From positions 64,001-128,000 of IMG/VR virus record IMGVR_UViG_3300014208_000027: DNA of 64,000 bases. The stretch is one strand, 5' to 3'. The position numbers and the translations under genes are program-made. The stretch's first letter is position 1. The number at the start of each line of letters is the position of its first letter. Under the pieces are notes generated by a model, which was not told the origin of the DNA, ran no database searches, and worked only from the letters and a program-made list of their open reading frames with translations. The stretch is from a virus (Duplodnaviria > Caudoviricetes). This document shows positions 18,935 to 29,488 of this stretch, piece by piece.

Positions 18935-19861
18935 ATGCAACTTAAAAAACTTCTTGAATCATTTAACCAATTTTTAGAAGAATCCGTTACAGATGTTGTC
19001 TTCCATGGTACAGAATTTTCAACCTTGTTGGTAGTTTTAAAAAATAATAAGTTCACTACATCTGTTGCTAAAGGTATTTCTTCCGACGAAAGAGATAACA
19101 AAGGAAGAATTTATTATTTCTCTACCGCTCGGTCAATAACCAGCACCTATTTGACAGGTCTTGGTTCTAGGGCTGTTCTGCTTAAGCTAGATGGTCGGAA
19201 GTTATCTCAAAGATATAAGTCTACCCCAGTTGATTATTATAATAAGTTTGACAAGTCAACAGGGGGATATGATGAAATGGAAGACAGAATTGTAACAGAC
19301 AAGCCGTCAATCGATAATGCCTTAAGTTATATCCTAGAAATTCACTGTCTTGCAAAATATGCAGAGACCACAGAGCAAGCGCAAGATTATTATAAAGTCC
19401 AGAGTATCGCAAACAAAAATAACATTCCAATTTACTTTTACACCGATAGCGATTCTTTTTATCTCTTGAACAAGAAAAAGGCTTTGTCTGCTGAAAACGC
19501 CGTAAAGTTCATAGCTCAGAAACAAGGTGAGCCGAAAGAAAAAGAGAAGGATGCATATTGGGACAGCTTATCTTTTGACTCAACTGATGCAAAAGATCTT
19601 GTTAACATCCTAAAAGCAATTGAGGTTGGTAACAAAGATTTGATTTCTAGTGATAATCATTGGAAAAGATTTATTTTAAGTTATCCTAGAGATTTTAATA
19701 GTCACCTTCCGATAATGATTCAAAATGATAGAAAAAGTCCTAAAAATAGGAAATATATAGACGACATTCTTCACTATATGAAGAGTAAAAAACTGTCTAC
19801 TTTTGATGATTTTAGAGAATACTTGAAGGTTGAGTTGGAAAAGCTGTACACGGAAACCTAA
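18935..19861 (+). CDS. ADP-ribosyltransferase-fold protein, paralog 1
   Basis: VFHGT...YYFSTARS...LDG.KL...YK..PVDY...EMEDRI. N-terminus MQLKKLLESFNQFLEE. Confidence 0.55.
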   Translation: MQLKKLLESFNQFLEESVTDVVFHGTEFSTLLVVLKNNKFTTSVAKGISSDERDNKGRIYYFSTARSITSTYLTGLGSRAVLLKLDGRKLSQRYKSTPVDYYNKFDKSTGGYDEMEDRIVTDKPSIDNALSYILEIHCLAKYAETTEQAQDYYKVQSIANKNNIPIYFYTDSDSFYLLNKKKALSAENAVKFIAQKQGEPKEKEKDAYWDSLSFDSTDAKDLVNILKAIEVGNKDLISSDNHWKRFILSYPRDFNSHLPIMIQNDRKSPKNRKYIDDILHYMKSKKLSTFDDFREYLKVELEKLYTET

Positions 19862-20094
19862 CTTATTACCTCAATATATTTTGTTTGCCAGTCTGTTCCG
19901 CCACAAAGTTCACAGTATGAATTATCTGTAAGGTATACAAGTTCCTCATCTAAGTGTTCCCAATTAAAATTATACATTTTTATGTTTTGTTCTTGGTTTT
20001 TTGTTTTTTTATCATCAATGTGAAGTATTATATAAACATTGTCACATCTATACCAACTTGTGGGGAATTTGATTAAGTCTCCTATTTTTAGCAA
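19858..20094 (-). CDS. SH3/KOW-like microprotein (MLKIGDLIKF...)
   Basis: Family N-terminal [FLI]..G[DQM]L[VI] motif, SD GAGGAAGG. Confidence 0.6.
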   Translation of the reverse strand: MLKIGDLIKFPTSWYRCDNVYIILHIDDKKTKNQEQNIKMYNFNWEHLDEELVYLTDNSYCELCGGTDWQTKYIEVIS

Positions 20095-20265
20095 TTAACC
20101 TTCCTCTATTTCTGTTAATTCCCAAAATGGTTTAAGTTCTCTATCCTCTTCTTCATTTTCTTCTAGTAGTTCTTGCTCGTCTCTTTTATTTTTTCTTTCC
20201 CGCGAGTTCATAAAGTCTACACTTACATCACGTTCATTCCCTTTAAACTTACTACTCCTACTCAT
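20095..20265 (-). CDS. Hypothetical acidic protein, 56 aa
   Basis: Start adjusted to MSRSSKF after SD AAGGA. Confidence 0.6.
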   Translation of the reverse strand: MSRSSKFKGNERDVSVDFMNSRERKNKRDEQELLEENEEEDRELKPFWELTEIEEG

Positions 20266-20266
20266 T

Positions 20267-20707
20267 TCAGATTCCTTCTCCTTCAGACAGGTTATTGATT
20301 TCTTTTTTACAATTATTACAAACAAAAAATTTCTTGCCTAGTGCCCAATTTTCTTGTGGATTATTGCTATGACAATTACAAAACTTACTTACGCATTGTT
20401 TTTTTACATACTCTTTACCATCATTTTCCTTATCCCATTGATTGAGTAAATCTTTTATATCTACAGGTTCATCAGGTGTGGCTTCGTCAGGATCAAAAAA
20501 GTTAAAACTTGATTGTGGAACGCCTTGATAATTTCCTTGTGGTTTGTGACCCACAGAATTAAAAAATGTTTGTTCATATGCATCTACAAGTTCAATAAGT
20601 TTATCTAGTTCATCATATTCCGGCGTGTTTGGTTGTGCAGTCCAAAGATCGTCCATTCTTTGAAGTGCTTCATCATAATCTTGTTCATTGTTAATTTGCG
20701 TAATCAT
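20267..20707 (-). CDS. HigA antitoxin N-terminal-like domain fused to a C-terminal zinc finger, no HTH
   Basis: MITQINNEQDYDEALQRMDDLWTAQPNTPEYDELDKLIELVDAYEQ. C-terminal C....C.C......C..C. Start after SD AAGGA. Confidence 0.65.
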   Translation of the reverse strand: MITQINNEQDYDEALQRMDDLWTAQPNTPEYDELDKLIELVDAYEQTFFNSVGHKPQGNYQGVPQSSFNFFDPDEATPDEPVDIKDLLNQWDKENDGKEYVKKQCVSKFCNCHSNNPQENWALGKKFFVCNNCKKEINNLSEGEGI

Positions 20708-20711
20708 TTTT

Positions 20712-21242
20712 TTATTCCTTATTAGTGCTTCCAAATCCACCCCTAGATTTCCTACTAATATACATATTATTATAATCTTCCTTAGAAACTTCTTCAATCT
20801 TTCCAAATATATTAGCGCGCACAACAATTTGTACAAGTGGCTTTTTTTCGATATCTACATTATCCAAAAATTGATGACTACCTGTAGAATTATAGAAAGC
20901 AACTTTTAATTCGTCTTCAGGACCACAGTAGCTAGGGTCAATGAGTCCTACATGGTTAGCTAGTAAAAGTCCGGGGTAACGCTTTGGAGTGCTGCTACGA
21001 AGTAAAATTTCATAGTGGTAGCCAATTGGGGGAATTCCTACTAAACCTGTTGGGAGAATCTTAACTTCTCCAGGATCAAATCCATAACCTACTTTTTCTT
21101 GTTGCCATTCTTCATTAATGTACTCGCTTACATGTTTTTCCCCTGGCAATAAAAATAAATCCATACCTAGAGCTTGTTCTTCTGCTTGCCGAGGAAGTTT
21201 AGCTAAGGGATTAATTCTAACAAACCTGCAATCAACGTGCAT
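20712..21242 (-). CDS. dut: Trimeric dUTPase
   Basis: Motifs GMDL, I.PTG, LRSS, GLID..Y.G, VQIV, RGGFGST. Confidence 0.93.
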   Translation of the reverse strand: MHVDCRFVRINPLAKLPRQAEEQALGMDLFLLPGEKHVSEYINEEWQQEKVGYGFDPGEVKILPTGLVGIPPIGYHYEILLRSSTPKRYPGLLLANHVGLIDPSYCGPEDELKVAFYNSTGSHQFLDNVDIEKKPLVQIVVRANIFGKIEEVSKEDYNNMYISRKSRGGFGSTNKE

Positions 21243-21243
21243 G

Positions 21244-21522
21244 TTATTCTCCTAGAATTTCTAAAGCAATAATTTCTTTGCCATCGTCATATACATATGC
21301 TCTTAACTGTGAGTCAAAAGGCCTACAGTCAAATTCCCTAACAGTTTTTCCGACGTGAGTTCCAAAGTCGCATGTTCTTTTTATTTCTCTTTTCCAATTG
21401 CTTTCTTTGCATGCCAAAGATTCGTCCACTTTATCTCCTGCAAAAAGATTAGAAATATACCCATTATTATTTTTAACAAACTCTACAATTGCTTTTTTAC
21501 ACGTTTCAGTTGAAATTTTCAT
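21244..21522 (-). CDS. Hypothetical protein
   Basis: First gene after a sigma70 promoter, SD GAGGA. Confidence 0.65.
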   Translation of the reverse strand: MKISTETCKKAIVEFVKNNNGYISNLFAGDKVDESLACKESNWKREIKRTCDFGTHVGKTVREFDCRPFDSQLRAYVYDDGKEIIALEILGE

Positions 21523-21548
21523 TTCAATCCTCTGTGAATGTTAAATAT

Positions 21549-21576
21549 ATTATGACTGGTTTTAGAGAATTGTCAA
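21549..21576 (-). promoter_or_regulatory. sigma70-type promoter for the dut island
   Basis: TTGACA-N16-CATAAT. Confidence 0.7.
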
Positions 21577-21578
21577 GT

Positions 21579-21893
21579 CTATTTTTTCAGGAAAGCTGCC
21601 CAAATTGTAGCACTAAACCCTAGACTTGTTAGAGCAGAAAAAACAATCCAAAAAACTTTTGATGCATTTCTTTTCCACGATTCTACCACTTTTACTCTAG
21701 CATACAAACCTTTTTCAGGGTCTAGAATTGTATCGGCAAGTTTAACTGTATGTTCTTTAATTTCTTCAATAAATTTGTCTTGGTAGGAGAGTTTTTCTAG
21801 GATAACATCAAATTTATTTTCTACATCACATTTATTTTTTGGGAATAGCTGGCAGTTATTGTTGGAATTACGAACTGGTTCATGAGCAGCCAT
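21579..21893 (-). CDS. Small protein with C-terminal transmembrane helix (possibly lysis-related)
   Basis: Coiled coil followed by VFWIVFSALTSLGFSATIWAAF. Late-type motif CTATCTA 4 nt upstream. Confidence 0.5.
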   Translation of the reverse strand: MAAHEPVRNSNNNCQLFPKNKCDVENKFDVILEKLSYQDKFIEEIKEHTVKLADTILDPEKGLYARVKVVESWKRNASKVFWIVFSALTSLGFSATIWAAFLKK

Positions 21894-21953
21894 AACTTAG
21901 ATAGTCCGAAGTAGGAATAATTTCTATTTACCTTTGTCACTAAGGAGAAAAAA

Positions 21954-22865
21954 ATGGAGTTCAAAAAACTTATTGAATCATTTAAACAATTTCTAGAAGA
22001 AACGGTTACAGATATTGTTTATCATATTACAGATTTAGAGTCGGCTGCAAAAATATTGGAAACAAACAAATTTTTAACCTCTATTTCAAGAGGTGAAGAT
22101 ATGGAAAACCCGTCTAGCACTAAAATGAGTAAAGGAAAACAATATTATTTTTCAGTAGCAAGATCTACAATGAGTAGTTATTTTAAAGAATTCCATAGTC
22201 CCGCTGTGATTTTTGTGTTAGATGGAAACAAACTCTCCCAAAGATATAAAGGAATCCCAGTAGACTATAATAGTAGTTTGAGGTTTAAACATCACAGTTT
22301 TGATGAAATGGAGGATAGAATTGTTACCGATAAGCCGTTTATTGAAAATGCGAAGAATTATATTATGGAGGTTCATTGCTTTATTTGGGGTGAAGAATTT
22401 TATAGTCACGACGCTGACTTTTATCATGATGTGAAAAAAATAACAGAAGATAATAATATTCCTATTTTTTTATACATAAAAAAGAAACCATTTCTGTTTT
22501 TGAATAAAAGTAAGTCTATTCCATCGCACAAAATAGATTCTTTTTTGGTAAACAATTCCTTGGGCTGGAAGAAAGTAAGTCGTTATAATGATCCGTTTGA
22601 GAAGGAACTTGAATCTCTAGTAAATATAATCAAGAATTCTGAATCTGAAAATAAACAAAACATAAATAACGAATGGAAAGAAAGAATTCTTGCTGCACCG
22701 AGAGGGTGGGAGCAATATATTAGTTCTATTATCAACAATAGCGATATGCATCGTCACAAGAGAGAGATAATGGACTTTGTTATTTCATATATGAAAAAAA
22801 ATAAACTTTCTTCATATACAGAACTCGGAATCTTTTTAAAAAATAAATTAACAGGTAAAATTTAG
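21954..22865 (+). CDS. ADP-ribosyltransferase-fold protein, paralog 2
   Basis: VYHIT...YYFSVARS...LDGNKL...PVDY...EMEDRI. N-terminus MEFKKLIESFKQFLEE. Confidence 0.55.
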   Translation: MEFKKLIESFKQFLEETVTDIVYHITDLESAAKILETNKFLTSISRGEDMENPSSTKMSKGKQYYFSVARSTMSSYFKEFHSPAVIFVLDGNKLSQRYKGIPVDYNSSLRFKHHSFDEMEDRIVTDKPFIENAKNYIMEVHCFIWGEEFYSHDADFYHDVKKITEDNNIPIFLYIKKKPFLFLNKSKSIPSHKIDSFLVNNSLGWKKVSRYNDPFEKELESLVNIIKNSESENKQNINNEWKERILAAPRGWEQYISSIINNSDMHRHKREIMDFVISYMKKNKLSSYTELGIFLKNKLTGKI

Positions 22866-22874
22866 GAAATCTTA

Positions 22875-25800
22875 ATGTCTACCATTGATACCATTCCATC
22901 AAAAGTTTCCGATACTGCCATCAGGCCAGACGATACCGGCAACGCTGTTAAACTTATTCAAAGTTTTTTAAATAACCAGCCTGGTATGAAGGATCAGCAA
23001 GAACTTTTTCTTTCTACGGGTGGCGTTGATACTTCCTTAACAAGTGCAAAGATTTTCGGTACTTACGAAATTGAAACTCGTAAGGCTATTAGGGATTATC
23101 AAAATAACAACAAGTCTAGGATGAAAAAACTTTCTCAGGCTACCGATGCTGATATTGAGAAAGAAATAAACTTTGGATACATTTCATATATTACTGGTTT
23201 AGTTCTACAAGAAGACATGGGCTTGAAGCCTAATCCTGTGCAGGAAGAAATAAAAAAACCTGTCTTTGATACTCCAACTAAAAAACTTGAAGAGGTATTG
23301 TCTCCACCAGCCAAAATAGAAAGTGTTCCAGAAGCGACTTTTTATGTTAAGACAAAAAATCCTACGCATAGGTTAGCTCTACGTAAGGCTCCTGCTTATG
23401 TGAAGGTTTCTAAAGAAGCAGACCAGGATGAAGATAAAAAGGGTGAGCGAGTTGATATGATGCCTAATGGTACTCTATTAAAGGTTATAGAACCTCATGT
23501 AGGGTATAACTGTGAGTGGCATCAAGTTGAAGTAGTTGATCCAGATTCTAAATGGATTTGGGTTAAAGAAATACAGAAGGCAGATGATTTATTCTGTTAT
23601 GCAGAATTTGTTCAACCTAAAGATGAAAAAAATATTCTTATCCCTGTAAATTGTATTGATTGTACTGAAGTCATTACAGGATCAGAAAGAAAAACTCCTT
23701 TTCCTGATTGGACAAAGTTAACTGAATGTGAACCCTTTTATGACGAAGAGACTTGCAAATTTTACATCGTTGTACAATCTAGTGAAGAAAACACTACGGA
23801 AGAACGTATTATAGAACAAAAAAAAATTGCTGCCATAGATGGCGTTAGGATGTTGCTAGAGTTTTACGACAAACAATGGAGTAAAGAGACTCTTGATAAA
23901 TTAGTTTCATCTGTTGGTGATAAAATTATTGGTAGTAAAGATTACTTTCTTGATGGTAGACCAAGTTCACAGTTAAAATTTCTTGTTGGCATACCTGGAA
24001 AGTATTTTAGAGCTATTCCAAGAACAACTGAATTTTTAGAAAATATTCCTACGCTTGGAGGAATTTTACCTGAAGGTTGGCGAACTGTTTCTTTTAAGTA
24101 TGGAGATTTTAAAGCCAATCTTGAAGTAGTAACAAAAAGATTTGACGAGTACGCTATAGAAATTGATAACTTTGAAGGTGAAATTCTTGACTATGATATA
24201 AGGGAAGAAAATAAAAAACTCAAAGCATTTCCTAAAGTATTTGAACAATTCCTAAAATGGAATGATGTCCCTCCTTCTGATGATAATCAATTTGAAATTG
24301 GATTCTCTGGCCCATGCTTTCAACTTATTTATGTTTTATGGAAACAAGACGTTATTGGTACCCCTTTAAGAATTGGCTTAGAATGTTTTAAACAAACAGA
24401 ACCAGTTCCATTTGAAAGAACGATGGGTTATGTTTTCTACATGTTGGAAATGGGGAAGGACATAAAAAAAGAAAAGCGTAGGTGGATTAGTTTTATTAAC
24501 AGCTATACGTGTCCATTACCAAGAATTGTTATGTCTGCCCCACCAAAGAAAAATGTTGAGGTGGTTGCGAAACGCCATGACGAGAAACCAGTTAAAACCA
24601 CTAAAGAAAAAGAAGTAGAAGACCGTGAAATTGAAACTTTTAGAGATAAATTTATAAGTGTTCGTAATACGCTTATGGAATTTGTTGGTGATCCACTTTT
24701 AGCTTGTGATAATTCAGAAATAGATAAAATTTCTACGCTTGATGAGCTGTATGACAAAGTTTTAAACAAGATAAGTCTGAAGTCTCTTACATCGTTCATT
24801 GCATCTTGTGTAATGGCAAACTTGTCTATTCCAGATATCAATAAAATTATTTGTGATATGGTTTTGAAAGCGTTGCCACTTGATCAGTTAGAAAAACTAA
24901 ATTCTTTACTGGCTAATAATGCGTTTACTAAAGTTCAAGATAAACTTGCAAAATTATCTACCGATCCAAAATTTGCAAATGTTACACCTTCAATAAGATT
25001 AAAAACTGCTATTATTGATGGAGCAACAAAAGATGAAATTTGTAGTGCCATTAACATTTTAGACCCTGGCCTTATAGCATTCCAATTTGCAAAGTTATTT
25101 CCACACATTAACATAAGATTATTTATTCCACCTATTATTAACTTAAAAGATCTTTTACCTACGGCTGACACTCTTAGAGAAATCCGTGCTTTATTAGAAG
25201 AGGCTATCAAGCAAGCCATATCTGCTGCATTGTTGTCAGTAATTAAAAATTTATTTAAGACACTATGCAAATTATGCGCAGCTAGAGGTTTACCAAAAGC
25301 AGATGGAAATTTTGGAGATGTTAATCTTAGAGATGAGTTACCTCCTGGTATAGATCTTAGTAAGTTTGACATTCCTGAAAACATCGATGATTTTTTTGGT
25401 GATTTATCTTCTATTTTAACACCTAATGAGTTATGTGCTTTGTTAAATGGTGAAGCCCCAATAGAAGTTTTAAATGTTGTTAAGTCTCTTTTAAGACGTA
25501 AGTACCCTGATTTATTTATAAGTTTAGACGACACGAGCAAAATAAAAAGTTTATTTTTATACCTTGGAAAATTTGTAGATCCAAGTTTGTGTGCTGAAAT
25601 TGAAAAAGGAAGCACTACTGGGGTACCTTCAAGTCTTTGTGAAGAGAGGGAAAATATAAAAAGAAGTTTGCTTGATGGTAGAATGTCAGATGCTCAAATT
25701 CAAGAACAGATTGACACCGAAAAAGAAAGAAGCAAAGATTTACTTAAAGCACTTCTTGAATTAACTGATGATGGTATATTAGAAAAAATTCTTCCTCCTA

Positions 25801-28535
25801 TTACGAGAGACCCTTGTGATAAGTCTGGAAATAATACTCCAGCTTTGAGAAGCCTTGTACCTCATGACCCTCCATCAATACAAAAATTAAACGATCAAGT
25901 AATAGAAACGATGTATGGTAGTATTGAAAGTACATTCGATGCTGACCTAAAAGGCTTTATAAATTCTTTACAGATTACACCAAATTATCAGGTGAATAAA
26001 GAAGAAAGTGGAAAGTTATATGATCTCGAAAGAAAACTTTCTTCCGATCTTAGCGAGGAAGAAAAAAATAAAAAATTAGAATTAACAGTAAAACAAAATT
26101 CTGTTTCTGCTATTCCTGTTGTGCTTCCAGTTTTGCGAAGAAGTCTGAAGGATAAGAATAATTTCTTTATCAACACTAAAGGAAAACTATATAACAATTT
26201 AGAGTTTAGATATCCTATTCAAGATCCTGAAACCTTAGCATTGTTTGAAGATTTAAAGAAACGAGCACAAGCGTTGACAAAGGAAGAAATAAAAAAGATT
26301 GTAGCAGATACTCCATTGATTATGGACTTCTTTAATAATCTGAACAGTAATATGTTTCAATTAAACAGAGTTGGGAATACTTGCCCTGCTACTTTAGGGA
26401 GTTTTGATAATCCTTCACAACCTGAAGATGTGATAAGTCCTGACGCTATTATTTCTTATAGATTATTTTCTAAGGTGGGAGAAAATAAAAAAGATGATTA
26501 TCACTTCCGGATCTTAGATCCTATTTTTGGTCAAGATGGTGTCTTTACAAATTCTATTGATATTGACCAAGATATAAAAAATTACTTTGCAAACTTTGGA
26601 TTACCATTAGATGCTTCGCTACCTAGAGCAACTTTTGCAAACATGATTCAGAAGACATATCTTGACGTGGTTACGCCGGATAGCAAAGAAAAAATAAAAG
26701 CTAACGTAAAGTTATTTGCATATGCTTACAATGAATTATATGAAGAGATATTTGAAAATCTAGTAGAGAAGTGTACATTGCAAATATCAAATTCAGAATT
26801 GTTTGATGCTAACATTTTAAATAATGTGAAGTGGCAACCTGATAAAGAATTTGCTGAGGATTGTAAAACGAGTCCGAAAACAAGTTTGCTTGGTGTTGAA
26901 GATATTATGGAAAGCGTTAAGCAGCAATATGAACGCGAAATTGGTAAGTGTCCAGATTTATTAGATGAGATTGCTTCTAAAATGGAACCAATGGAACGTG
27001 CTGGTATAAGTGGTGCTGTTACGGCATACGTAAAAGTTGAAACCATAGAAGAACTTATGAGAAGCATATTTGTTTTTACTGAGTTTAAATCTGCCGATCT
27101 TTTTGCCGATCATTCATTTATTGACTATCTCGTTAGAAGGATTAAGCAAGGGATAGAATTAAAAGATCCTGATTTTTATAAAACTATTCTAAGGGAAAGT
27201 AAAAATATAGTTGCCTCCAAGGGTTCATCGATTAAAGACCCATTTGATACTGATGAAAGTATGAATACTAAAAAAATAGTTGATGATACTAACCCTGACT
27301 GGGTTGATGGTTCTGCCGCATTAGAATGGCTTATAAAAAACAACATTAAAAATATGTCCTCAAACCTTGAGGAAGTATTACAGTTTAACAAGTCTGAAAA
27401 TATCTATGAAAACTTATTTGACCAATGGTTCCCAATGAGAGGTTTAATAGAAAGCCATAGAGGATATGAAGATTATTTAAAAAATCCTTTAGGCGATTTT
27501 ACAAATGTATTGACAATTGGAGGAGCGGTAGAGAGTCTTGCAGTTTTGTTTCAAGATAACAACGCAAAAGGTAATTTTATAGTAGAGAAATATAAAAGAT
27601 TTTGCGAACCCTTGGATGGTAAAACTAGTGTAGCTACTGCTGATAAACAACAAAAAACAGATTCAAAATTTAGATACGGTTTACGTTTATCGTTTATCCC
27701 AAGTACGGCGGTAAACTTTAAGAATGATGTGTTGTCAATCTCTGTAGACCCTGCCCTGGCAACAAAAGAAAATAGTTACGCATTTATGTATAATACTGAT
27801 AGTTCTACAGGTGGAGAGTTTACTAAATCAAATAAAGAAACTCATGTTATTATACCATTGGCATTTGCTGAAGAGGAAGATTTAAGGGATGTAAACCTAA
27901 ATGGAGAGGAAGAAAAAAATAAGTTTGTTGAATTGAAGAAGAAGCTAGTCAATACTATAGAGTTTAGAACATTGTTTAACTTTGTATTCCCACTTAAAAG
28001 AATCTTATCATTAAGCGCAATATACAGCATCATCGGTACAGGGAAAGAAGCAAAGAATGCAGAATTTGCATTTGAGAATAGTAAAAGAGTAGTGAAAAAT
28101 TTAATCCAAATCCTTCTACCAACCAACGAGGAATGGTGGCAGAAAAAACTACCTGGTTCTGATAATGATGCGTTAAGAGAAAAATATAATAGTAACGTAA
28201 GCACGAGTGGGGCACCTGGGTATGAAGCATTAGCATTACAAGCTGTAGGACTTATAGCAAAAGGAATGGCTGGAAAATTTGATAGTTGGTATATTCTCGC
28301 GAAAAAATTATTTGATTTTGCTCCGGATGCGTTACCTGCTGGACTTTCACCTGCATCAATTTTAGGAATGCCCCCTGTTAATTTAATTCCGATTATTGGA
28401 GTCTTTCCACCCCTAACTATGCTTGGTATGGCAGCTCTTGCTTTTGGCCTGTTACCAGGGGAAAAGAAAAAAATGTTACAGAATAGTGAGAAAGAGAAAC
28501 AGAAACAATTAGAAAACTGTAAGGATAAAAAATAG
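22875..28535 (+). CDS. Large virion structural protein with N-terminal peptidoglycan-binding and SH3b-like domains
   Basis: G.AVKLIQ.FL...FG.Y..ET.KAIRDYQ (PG_binding_1-like), L.LRK.P...MPNGT.LKVIE...W..VEV (SH3b-like). Directly precedes the gp25-like gene. Confidence 0.6.
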   Translation: MSTIDTIPSKVSDTAIRPDDTGNAVKLIQSFLNNQPGMKDQQELFLSTGGVDTSLTSAKIFGTYEIETRKAIRDYQNNNKSRMKKLSQATDADIEKEINFGYISYITGLVLQEDMGLKPNPVQEEIKKPVFDTPTKKLEEVLSPPAKIESVPEATFYVKTKNPTHRLALRKAPAYVKVSKEADQDEDKKGERVDMMPNGTLLKVIEPHVGYNCEWHQVEVVDPDSKWIWVKEIQKADDLFCYAEFVQPKDEKNILIPVNCIDCTEVITGSERKTPFPDWTKLTECEPFYDEETCKFYIVVQSSEENTTEERIIEQKKIAAIDGVRMLLEFYDKQWSKETLDKLVSSVGDKIIGSKDYFLDGRPSSQLKFLVGIPGKYFRAIPRTTEFLENIPTLGGILPEGWRTVSFKYGDFKANLEVVTKRFDEYAIEIDNFEGEILDYDIREENKKLKAFPKVFEQFLKWNDVPPSDDNQFEIGFSGPCFQLIYVLWKQDVIGTPLRIGLECFKQTEPVPFERTMGYVFYMLEMGKDIKKEKRRWISFINSYTCPLPRIVMSAPPKKNVEVVAKRHDEKPVKTTKEKEVEDREIETFRDKFISVRNTLMEFVGDPLLACDNSEIDKISTLDELYDKVLNKISLKSLTSFIASCVMANLSIPDINKIICDMVLKALPLDQLEKLNSLLANNAFTKVQDKLAKLSTDPKFANVTPSIRLKTAIIDGATKDEICSAINILDPGLIAFQFAKLFPHINIRLFIPPIINLKDLLPTADTLREIRALLEEAIKQAISAALLSVIKNLFKTLCKLCAARGLPKADGNFGDVNLRDELPPGIDLSKFDIPENIDDFFGDLSSILTPNELCALLNGEAPIEVLNVVKSLLRRKYPDLFISLDDTSKIKSLFLYLGKFVDPSLCAEIEKGSTTGVPSSLCEERENIKRSLLDGRMSDAQIQEQIDTEKERSKDLLKALLELTDDGILEKILPPITRDPCDKSGNNTPALRSLVPHDPPSIQKLNDQVIETMYGSIESTFDADLKGFINSLQITPNYQVNKEESGKLYDLERKLSSDLSEEEKNKKLELTVKQNSVSAIPVVLPVLRRSLKDKNNFFINTKGKLYNNLEFRYPIQDPETLALFEDLKKRAQALTKEEIKKIVADTPLIMDFFNNLNSNMFQLNRVGNTCPATLGSFDNPSQPEDVISPDAIISYRLFSKVGENKKDDYHFRILDPIFGQDGVFTNSIDIDQDIKNYFANFGLPLDASLPRATFANMIQKTYLDVVTPDSKEKIKANVKLFAYAYNELYEEIFENLVEKCTLQISNSELFDANILNNVKWQPDKEFAEDCKTSPKTSLLGVEDIMESVKQQYEREIGKCPDLLDEIASKMEPMERAGISGAVTAYVKVETIEELMRSIFVFTEFKSADLFADHSFIDYLVRRIKQGIELKDPDFYKTILRESKNIVASKGSSIKDPFDTDESMNTKKIVDDTNPDWVDGSAALEWLIKNNIKNMSSNLEEVLQFNKSENIYENLFDQWFPMRGLIESHRGYEDYLKNPLGDFTNVLTIGGAVESLAVLFQDNNAKGNFIVEKYKRFCEPLDGKTSVATADKQQKTDSKFRYGLRLSFIPSTAVNFKNDVLSISVDPALATKENSYAFMYNTDSSTGGEFTKSNKETHVIIPLAFAEEEDLRDVNLNGEEEKNKFVELKKKLVNTIEFRTLFNFVFPLKRILSLSAIYSIIGTGKEAKNAEFAFENSKRVVKNLIQILLPTNEEWWQKKLPGSDNDALREKYNSNVSTSGAPGYEALALQAVGLIAKGMAGKFDSWYILAKKLFDFAPDALPAGLSPASILGMPPVNLIPIIGVFPPLTMLGMAALAFGLLPGEKKKMLQNSEKEKQKQLENCKDKK

Positions 28536-28537
28536 TC

Positions 28538-28933
28538 ATGGCTCAAGGTATTTCCTGTGCGTTACCATTAGTAATTGACACTAGCGATGGTGCGTATCAT
28601 TTAATTAAAAATTACAAAGACATGGTGCGTCAAAATTTAAAAATGCTCTTATTAACCTCGCCGGGTGAACGGGTTTGGGATGCCAACTACGGTGTAGGCA
28701 TAAAAAGATACTTATTTTTACATAACATTTCAAGTGTCCTAAATGATATCCACACCCGCATCATGACTCAATGTCAAAATTTTATGCCGTTCCTAGACAT
28801 TCAAGATATACAGTTTTTCACTTCGGATAATGATCCTAACGTAGATGTAAACGCTATAGTAATAAAGATATCTTACAGTATTATACCGTTGGGGGAAGAT
28901 GACACTTTAACACTTAATGAGAAGTTAAGTTAG
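28538..28933 (+). CDS. Baseplate wedge subunit, GPW/gp25 family
   Basis: VRQNLK.LLLT.PGER.WD.NYGVGI..YLF. Confidence 0.9.
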   Translation: MAQGISCALPLVIDTSDGAYHLIKNYKDMVRQNLKMLLLTSPGERVWDANYGVGIKRYLFLHNISSVLNDIHTRIMTQCQNFMPFLDIQDIQFFTSDNDPNVDVNAIVIKISYSIIPLGEDDTLTLNEKLS

Positions 28934-29109
28934 AGTTTATCGTAGTGGTTACTTAAATGACTTATCCATTCCCAGCCCTTGCAATTATCTGCAAAAGAGA
29001 ACATATTTATTTTAAAAACATTGTCATATCTTAATGGTTCACTTGTTACTAAATAAATATTTTTAGTGAGACGACTTTGAATCAAATCACCAACTTCAAA
29101 GTTTGTCAT
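28930..29109 (-). CDS. SH3/KOW-like microprotein, 59 aa (MTNFEVGDLIQSRL...)
   Basis: Hand-translated, family motif. Confidence 0.7.
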   Translation of the reverse strand: MTNFEVGDLIQSRLTKNIYLVTSEPLRYDNVFKINMFSFADNCKGWEWISHLSNHYDKL

Positions 29110-29488
29110 TTCTAAATCTTTCTCTCCATTTTTCTTCCGCTTCTTCTATAGATTCTTCACTTTCCCAATCATCGATAAGAGTTTTTGGATCGTCTGCATA
29201 TCCTAGTTGTTCTGCAAGATAGATAAGTGATGGATTATTATATTTTCTACCTCGACGAAAAATTCCATGGCTATAAACTTTTGATATCCACGTACCTTCG
29301 TTTTCAACTTCTATTCGTGCAAAAAGTACGTGAACATGTTTACCATCTTGTTCTTCTTTTATATATTTTAAACTTCCATCTGAATAATTATAATGATATT
29401 CATTAGCCGCTTCTTCTGGCGTTTCTGCTTCTATCGCCTTATAATTTGATATTGCTGGAATTACCATTCTACAATTAAAATTTGTCAT
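29096..29488 (-). CDS. Hypothetical protein
   Basis: ORF overlapping its neighbours in the island operon. Confidence 0.65.
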   Translation of the reverse strand: MTNFNCRMVIPAISNYKAIEAETPEEAANEYHYNYSDGSLKYIKEEQDGKHVHVLFARIEVENEGTWISKVYSHGIFRRGRKYNNPSLIYLAEQLGYADDPKTLIDDWESEESIEEAEEKWRERFRNDKL

